A stretch of DNA of 64,000 nt. Source: Alphaproteobacteria bacterium. GTDB taxonomy: Bacteria; Pseudomonadota; Alphaproteobacteria; Rickettsiales; UBA3002. The DNA lies in assembly GCA_033763655.1 (NCBI GenBank), contig JANRKD010000007.1, forward strand, positions 20,796-84,795, given 5' to 3'. How positions within the stretch are numbered: the stretch's first letter is position 1; each line of letters begins with the position of its first letter. Made by a program: the position numbers and the translations under genes. Below are positions 58,397 to 64,000 of this stretch, piece by piece. The notes beneath the pieces are model-generated. The model did not search any database. It saw only the letters and a list, made by a program, of their open reading frames with translations, and was not told where the DNA came from.

Positions 58397-58954
58397 TTAA
58401 TGAGTGGCCGCGAGCAATTGCACGCGCATGTTAGCAAGGGCGCCGGCCAGCGTGGCGTCGAGCCGCAGCGAGCCAAGCTCGATACGCACGCCGCCCAGCA
58501 CCGCCGGGTCGTTTTCCAACTTTAGTTGCACCGTTTTGCCGGTAGCCCTGGCCAGCGATTGTGCCAGTTGTTTTTGCGTCGCCGCCGACAGGGTGCGTGC
58601 GCTGGTAATCACCGCCTCGACTTCGCCCTGTTGCTTTGCCAGCAATTCCCGCAATTGCCCGGCAATCACCGGCAGCAGCCCGGCGCGCCCGCCCCGGGCG
58701 ACGGTGGCCACAGCGCGACGGCTCAGTGCATTTGCCTTATCCATCAGCGCCACCAGAATGTCGCTTTTTTTCGCGTGGGAAAGGGTCGGGTTTGCAAGTG
58801 CGTCGCTGAGATTTTTGTTGTTTTCCATCGCTGCCGCCAGCACCGAGAGTTCCGCCACCACGGCGGCGGCGCTTTTTTCGGCAATCGCCAGCGCGAAAAT
58901 CGCCGTCGCATAACGGCGGGAAATCTGCAGCGCATCGGTACGATTCATGCTCAC
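58397..58954 (-). CDS. atpH: ATP synthase F1 delta subunit
   Basis: RRYA.A.F, V.SA..L, DP..LGG, D.TL. Confidence 0.93.
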   Translation of the reverse strand: MSMNRTDALQISRRYATAIFALAIAEKSAAAVVAELSVLAAAMENNKNLSDALANPTLSHAKKSDILVALMDKANALSRRAVATVARGGRAGLLPVIAGQLRELLAKQQGEVEAVITSARTLSAATQKQLAQSLARATGKTVQLKLENDPAVLGGVRIELGSLRLDATLAGALANMRVQLLAATH

Positions 58955-59010
58955 CGGGAGTTACCTTATAAAATCTGTTCGTGGGCGCGGGGACTTTTTC
59001 GCGCGCGGAA

Positions 59011-59038
59011 TCTATAGGCGCTGGCGCGGGGGATGCAA
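59011..59038 (-). promoter_or_regulatory. Candidate sigma70 promoter of atpHAGDC
   Basis: Minus strand TTGCAT, 16 nt, TATAGA. Confidence 0.45.
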
Positions 59039-59108
59039 GTGGTTTTTTGAATCCCCCGGTTAATGCGCTCCCGCCCGGTGCCGCCTGCGGCAAGAGGAAT
59101 GGGCATCC

Positions 59109-59819
59109 TTAGGAAATATCCTGCCCGGCCCAGAGGGGGTTTTTCAATTTCCCGATCATCGCCTTGTGGGCGGCGCGCTCTTCAAGGCTGGGCGAAAACC
59201 GGCGGGCAGGAATATCCGTATGGCCTGAAAACACCAGATCGCCGCCTGCCCCCGTCCCGTTTTCAGCGGGAGAGGACGCTGGAGCGGGTACCGCCAGCAG
59301 GCTGCTCTGGCGCCCGCCCTTCAGTTCGAGATAGACATCGGCCAGCAATTCGGCATCGAGCAGAGCGCCGTGTTTGGTGCGCGCAGCGGTATCGACATTA
59401 AAGCGTTTGCACAACGCATCGAGATTGGCGGGGCTGCCCGGAAACATCCGCCGCGCAATCAGCACCGTATCGGTGGCGCGGGAACTTTCAATCAGCGGCA
59501 GATCGAGCGCATTCAGTTCGGCATTGAGGAATTTCAGGTCGAAACTCGCGTTATGAATAACCAGCGGATCGTCACCGATAAACTCGAGAAATGACCGCGC
59601 CACTGTACGAAACAGGGGTTTATCGCGCAGAAAAACATCGGACAGGCCGTGGATATTTTCGGCTTCGCGCGGCATCGCGCGTTCGGGGTTGAGGTAGCTG
59701 TGAAAATGGTTGCCCGTGCGCACATGGCCTATCATTTCCACGCAGCCGATTTCGACCACACGGTGGCCCGAGGCCGGGTCAAGCCCGGTGGTTTCGGTAT
59801 CGAGCGCGATTTCCCTCAT
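59109..59819 (-). CDS. dnaQ: DNA polymerase III epsilon subunit
   Basis: LDTETTG, HNASFD, LDALC.R, HGALLDAELLA.VY.EL.GG.Q. Confidence 0.96.
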   Translation of the reverse strand: MREIALDTETTGLDPASGHRVVEIGCVEMIGHVRTGNHFHSYLNPERAMPREAENIHGLSDVFLRDKPLFRTVARSFLEFIGDDPLVIHNASFDLKFLNAELNALDLPLIESSRATDTVLIARRMFPGSPANLDALCKRFNVDTAARTKHGALLDAELLADVYLELKGGRQSSLLAVPAPASSPAENGTGAGGDLVFSGHTDIPARRFSPSLEERAAHKAMIGKLKNPLWAGQDIS

Positions 59820-60427
59820 TGCAATCCCCATTGTTGCATCAGCGCCGCCACCCGCCGCCGCATGGCAGCTTTACCCAGCGTCGCCGGAATCACAATATCC
59901 GCCGCATGGTTGCGCACAGCGTCGGGCAACTGGCGGTCGAGCAGGCGCTGCCATTTTTCTTCGGTCATGCCCGTGCGGGCGAAAGCGCGACGGCGACGGT
60001 GGGAAAGCGGCGCATGGACGGCCAGCACCACGTCGCACAGCGCATCGGTATCGGTTTCAAACAACAGCGGCACATCGAGCACCACGGCGCGCAACCGGTT
60101 GCGACGGGCATGGGCGATGCGCGCCTCCTCCTCGGCCCGCACGCGCGGATGCAGGATAGCCTCTAGCACCGCAAGAGTGGCAGGATGGCGGGCGATATGC
60201 TCGGCAAGCGCCCCGCGATTGATGCCCTGCGCGGTGGCGGTGGCGGGAAACGCTGCGCCGATTTCCGCTTGCACCGCCGCATCCGTACGCAGCAGGTGGT
60301 GGACAATCCGGTCAGCGTCGCTATGCAAAATACCATGCCCGCACATCATTCGCGCCAGGGTCGATTTGCCGCTCGCCATGCCGCCGGTGACGCCGATAAT
60401 CAGCGGACGGTGCGGCGCGCCGGGCAC
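59816..60427 (-). CDS. coaE: Dephospho-CoA kinase
   Basis: IGVTGGMASGKST, DAD..VH, LE.ILHP, DVPLLFE. Confidence 0.94.
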   Translation of the reverse strand: MPGAPHRPLIIGVTGGMASGKSTLARMMCGHGILHSDADRIVHHLLRTDAAVQAEIGAAFPATATAQGINRGALAEHIARHPATLAVLEAILHPRVRAEEEARIAHARRNRLRAVVLDVPLLFETDTDALCDVVLAVHAPLSHRRRRAFARTGMTEEKWQRLLDRQLPDAVRNHAADIVIPATLGKAAMRRRVAALMQQWGLQ

Positions 60428-61258
60428 TTAAACCTCCAGCACATGCGCCCGCAAGGCGGGAGTGACAGCAGGCAGCACCCCGTGCCAGGCCTGAAACGCC
60501 GCCTGCGCCTGATACAGCAGCATGCCCAGCCCATCCACCGTGATGTTTCCCCGCGCCCGTGCCGCTTTCAGCAACGGCGTTTCCAACGGGGCATAGACAA
60601 TATCATAGACCGCCGATGTCATCGGCAGGTAAGTAAGGTCGATGTCAAGCGGCGGCTGCTCGGCCATGCCAAGGCTGGTGGTGTTGACGAGCAGGGTGGC
60701 CTCTGCCAGCGCCGCTGCGCGGGATTCCCAATCCGTTGTGCGCAGTGAAAATGCCGCCGCCAGCGCCTGCGCTTTTTCCGCACTACGGTTACAGAGGGTT
60801 ATTTTCTGCGCGCCCGCTTCTTTCAGTGCCACAATCGCCGCCCGCGTCGCCCCACCCGCACCAAGCAGAACGATATTTTGCAAAAACGCGGTGATGTCAC
60901 CCTCCGGTTTACCGGTCAGCCCCGCGCGCAGATGGGTGATAAATCCATACGCATCGGTATTGCTGCCGACGAGTTTTTCCTTCACCCGCGTCACTGTATT
61001 GACGGCGCCGATGCGGGTAGCGACCACATCCACCGCATCAAGATATTCCATCACCGTACATTTATGCGGCACGGTGACGTTAAACCCTGCAGCGCCTTTG
61101 TCGCGCAGGCGCTTGACAATTTGCCGCACCCGCGCGGGCGGGGTGGTGAACAGTTTATAGTCGCCGTTAATCCCGTGCTGCGCCAGCCAGTAGGCGTGGA
61201 TGCGCGGGCTGAGTGAATGCGCGACCGGATACCCGATAAGGCCGGTAAGGGTGGTCAT
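60428..61258 (-). CDS. aroE: Shikimate dehydrogenase
   Basis: HSLSP.IH, NVTVPHK, GAVNT, NTD..G, GAGGA, VNTTSLGM, DGLGML..QA. Confidence 0.96.
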   Translation of the reverse strand: MTTLTGLIGYPVAHSLSPRIHAYWLAQHGINGDYKLFTTPPARVRQIVKRLRDKGAAGFNVTVPHKCTVMEYLDAVDVVATRIGAVNTVTRVKEKLVGSNTDAYGFITHLRAGLTGKPEGDITAFLQNIVLLGAGGATRAAIVALKEAGAQKITLCNRSAEKAQALAAAFSLRTTDWESRAAALAEATLLVNTTSLGMAEQPPLDIDLTYLPMTSAVYDIVYAPLETPLLKAARARGNITVDGLGMLLYQAQAAFQAWHGVLPAVTPALRAHVLEV

Positions 61259-62094
61259 GCGCTCGTACTCCCGTTGCTGCGCCGTTTTTCAATCTGGCGC
61301 TGGCGGTATTGAATCATCAGCGTCGCGGTTTCCTCGACCGATCGGCGGGTGACATCAATTACCGGCCAGCCCTGCGAACGGAACAGTTTTTTAGCGTCAT
61401 CAATTTCCTCGCGCACTTTTTCTTCGTCGATATAATCGGTCTGCATATCCTGATTCATCGCCACCAGCCGCGTGGTGCGGATATCAATCAACCGTTCGCC
61501 GCTGATGGTCAGGCCAACGACCAGCGGTTGTTTCAGGTGGGTCAGGTTTTCCGGCAGCGGGCAGTTAGGAACAAACGGGATATTGGCGGCCTTATATCCC
61601 CGGTAGGCAAGGTAAACACAGGTCGGTGACTTGCTGGTGCGTGAGGGGCCGACAATGACAATATCGGCATTTTCAATTTCCCAGGTCGCCTGCCCGTCAT
61701 CATGTTCGAGGGCATAGTTAATCGCATCAATCCGCGCGAAATAATCTTCCCCCAGTTCATATTGCGCCCCGGCATGGCCGCTGGCTTCCTGATTAAGGTA
61801 ATTCGACATTTCACGAATCACATGGCCCAGAACCGGGATGCAGGGTAGGCCGCGCTTGCCGCAAGCCTGACGTAACGCCTCGCGCATCGTACTTTCCATC
61901 AGGGTGAACATCACCACCCCGGGATAAGTATCAAGGCTTGCAATCATTTTTTCGAGCTGACCCTGCGTGCGCACCAGCGACCAGACATGTTCTTCGGCAT
62001 GTACCGCATCGAACTGGGCAAGACTCGCCCGCGCGACGCTTGAGACGGTTTCCCCGGTCGAATCGGAAACCAGATGCAGGTGAAATTTTTTCAT
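61255..62094 (-). CDS. Kinase/pyrophosphorylase (DUF299, PPDK/PEPS regulatory protein)
   Basis: HLVSDSTGET, HDDG, G.SRTSKSPT..YLA, IDVT.RSVEETA. Confidence 0.94.
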   Translation of the reverse strand: MKKFHLHLVSDSTGETVSSVARASLAQFDAVHAEEHVWSLVRTQGQLEKMIASLDTYPGVVMFTLMESTMREALRQACGKRGLPCIPVLGHVIREMSNYLNQEASGHAGAQYELGEDYFARIDAINYALEHDDGQATWEIENADIVIVGPSRTSKSPTCVYLAYRGYKAANIPFVPNCPLPENLTHLKQPLVVGLTISGERLIDIRTTRLVAMNQDMQTDYIDEEKVREEIDDAKKLFRSQGWPVIDVTRRSVEETATLMIQYRQRQIEKRRSNGSTSA

Positions 62095-62468
62095 GGGACA
62101 AACGGTGTATAAAAGGATGGTTACCCACCCTATATCGCGCAGACCTTCAACTTGCCAGCCTCGTCTTCATGCTTATCCCATGCGCCATCCACCCCCGGAT
62201 AAAAAATGCGCAAGTCCTGTGAATCCTGTGGGAAAAAACCTTATCCCCGTTTTCATGCGGGTCGAAAAATAAATCTGTTTTTCAGGTGTTGCGTCATTTT
62301 CTACACAGCGTTACCACAAGCTATCCGTAACGCTGATTGGCTTAAGAAGCGTCGTGGTAATCCGGTATGGCTTGGTAATTACCGCTGTGCCTGCCCCCTA
62401 CTACTTACTACTAATAAAAAATATTATTCTTATTTAGAATTAGATGAAAAAAGGATAACCCGGTTTCC
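62095..62468. other. Probable chromosomal replication origin oriC
   Basis: Intergenic gap between divergent DUF299 and hemE, the Caulobacter-type origin position; DnaA-box-like GGTGTATAA (62104), TGTGGGAAA (62227), TTATCCCCG (62241), TTCTACACA (62299); CTA repeats then an AT-rich tract at 62398-62452. Confidence 0.85.
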
Positions 62469-63506
62469 ATGACCCAGAAATTACTCATCGCTGCTTTAAA
62501 CGGAGAACTGACCGAACGCATCCCGTTCTGGTTCATGCGTCAGGCGGGCCGTTACCTTCCGGAATATCGGGAGGTGCGCGCCACCACTTCCGGATTTCTC
62601 GATTTATGTTTCACGCCGGAAAAAGCGGCGGAAGTCACATTGCAGCCTTTGCGCCGCTTTCATATGGATGCGGCAATTCTGTTTTCCGACATTCTGGTCA
62701 TCCCTTACGCCCTTGGGGTGGATGTAAAATTTGTCGAGCAGGAAGGCCCGCGCGTGGGCATCACCACTAGTCTGCAGGCGATTGAGGCGCTGAAGCTTTC
62801 GGTAGTTCGGCAGGCGCTTGAACCGGTGGCGCAGACCGTCCGGCTGGTAAAGAAGAAGTTGCCCGAGGGCGCGGCGCTCATCGGTTTTGCCGGCGCACCG
62901 TGGACAGTCGCCTGCTACATGCTGCAGGGAAAATCGGGCAAGGATTTCGAAGCGGCGCGCCTTTTTGCACTGACTCACCCCGCACGGATGGAACAACTCA
63001 TCGACACGCTGGTGATGGCGACGTTTGACTATCTGTGCCTGCAGATTGAAGCCGGGGCTGAAGCGGTACAGATTTTTGATAGCTGGGCTGGGTTGTTACC
63101 CCCGGCGGAATTTGCCAGATGGGTGACCGCACCGACAGCCAAACTGGTGGAAATGCTGCGCAAAAAACATCCCACCATTCCCATTATCGGCTTTGCTAAA
63201 GGGGCCGGAAGTAACCTTGCGGAGTATGCCAAACAAACGGGCGTGCAGGCTATTGGGGCGGATCATTTGATGCCAATTTCAGCCGCTATTACTGCGCGCG
63301 CCACCCCAAAACAGGCCGTGCAGGGCAACCTCGACCCGTTGCTGATAGCCACCGACAAAGACGCCGCGCTTGCTGCCACCGAGGTTATTTTAACCCAACT
63401 GAAAACCACGCCGGCCGTGTTCAATCTCGGGCATGGGTTTATCCCCGCCACGCCGATCGAACATGTTGCCGCCGTTGCTGAGAAGGTACGCGCATGGCGC
63501 CGCTGA
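62469..63506 (+). CDS. hemE: Uroporphyrinogen decarboxylase
   Basis: [49 protein letters not shown]. Confidence 0.97.
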   Translation: MTQKLLIAALNGELTERIPFWFMRQAGRYLPEYREVRATTSGFLDLCFTPEKAAEVTLQPLRRFHMDAAILFSDILVIPYALGVDVKFVEQEGPRVGITTSLQAIEALKLSVVRQALEPVAQTVRLVKKKLPEGAALIGFAGAPWTVACYMLQGKSGKDFEAARLFALTHPARMEQLIDTLVMATFDYLCLQIEAGAEAVQIFDSWAGLLPPAEFARWVTAPTAKLVEMLRKKHPTIPIIGFAKGAGSNLAEYAKQTGVQAIGADHLMPISAAITARATPKQAVQGNLDPLLIATDKDAALAATEVILTQLKTTPAVFNLGHGFIPATPIEHVAAVAEKVRAWRR

Positions 63507-64000
63507 ATACCATTTCCCGTCACCACAAAACGGCGATTGTGCTGTTCAATCTCGGCGGGCCCGACAGCCTTGCGGCGGTGCAGCCGTTTTTATTCAACCT
63601 CTTTAACGATCCGGCCATCATCGGCCTGCCACAGCCCTTGCGGCGGCTGCTCGCGACGTTTATTTCCCGTAAGCGCGCGCCGGTCGCCCAGAAAATTTAC
63701 GAAGAAATCGGCGGCAAATCACCGCTGATCGAAAACACGGAAAATCAGGCAAACGCACTGGAGGCCAGCCTTACGGGTCACGGCAACGTGAAGGTGTTTT
63801 ATACCATGCGCTACTGGCACCCGATGGCGGACGCGGTGGTGCAGCAAGTGAAAAACTTCGCGCCCGACCACATTATTTTGTTGCCGCTTTACCCGCACTA
63901 TTCGACGACGACGACCGGGTCATCGTTTAAGGATTGGGACCGCGCTGCCACCCGCGCCGGAATGAAGATTCCCACCCGCCGGATCTGTTGCTACCCGACC
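63494..64000 (+). CDS. hemH: Ferrochelatase (runs off the window edge)
   Basis: Hand translation [26 protein letters not shown]...FL.NLF.D, Y..IGG.SP, MRYWHP, LPLYP.YS.TT. Confidence 0.94.
   Translation, partial: MAPLNTISRHHKTAIVLFNLGGPDSLAAVQPFLFNLFNDPAIIGLPQPLRRLLATFISRKRAPVAQKIYEEIGGKSPLIENTENQANALEASLTGHGNVKVFYTMRYWHPMADAVVQQVKNFAPDHIILLPLYPHYSTTTTGSSFKDWDRAATRAGMKIPTRRICCYPT

Overview
A high-GC alphaproteobacterial chromosome segment next to the replication origin, almost entirely core genes. Gene order: mlaA (partial), metF, motBA, C26 amidotransferase, rluB, rsmD, an orphan helical protein, hemW, ampG, a lone AAA-wHTH ATPase, entericidin, hemF, trmL, petABC, uppP, murJ, ribF-lspA-DUF3035-M16 pair-mutL, purH, a CapD-type dehydratase plus a degenerate MraY-family protein, NAD-GDH, gshB, BON, yraN, rsmI, LppC, parBA-rsmG-mnmG-mnmE, holA-lptE-leuS, DUF3576, porin, yggS, an Aer-like MCP, atpHAGDC, dnaQ-coaE-aroE-DUF299, probable oriC, hemE, hemH (partial). 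Five perfect parS palindromes are present. I found no rRNA, tRNA, CRISPR array or transposase. The main oddities are: (1) short palindromic RPE/REP-like elements, both intergenic and in frame inside yggS, mutL, ampG, hemF and possibly dnaQ; (2) a cytochrome b with a roughly 55-70 aa hydrophobic insertion after the PEWY/ef region; (3) a lower-GC solo ATPase behind a perfect 19-bp inverted repeat; (4) an apparently catalytically dead MraY/WecA-family protein. All calls come from reading the sequence by eye; no searches were run.
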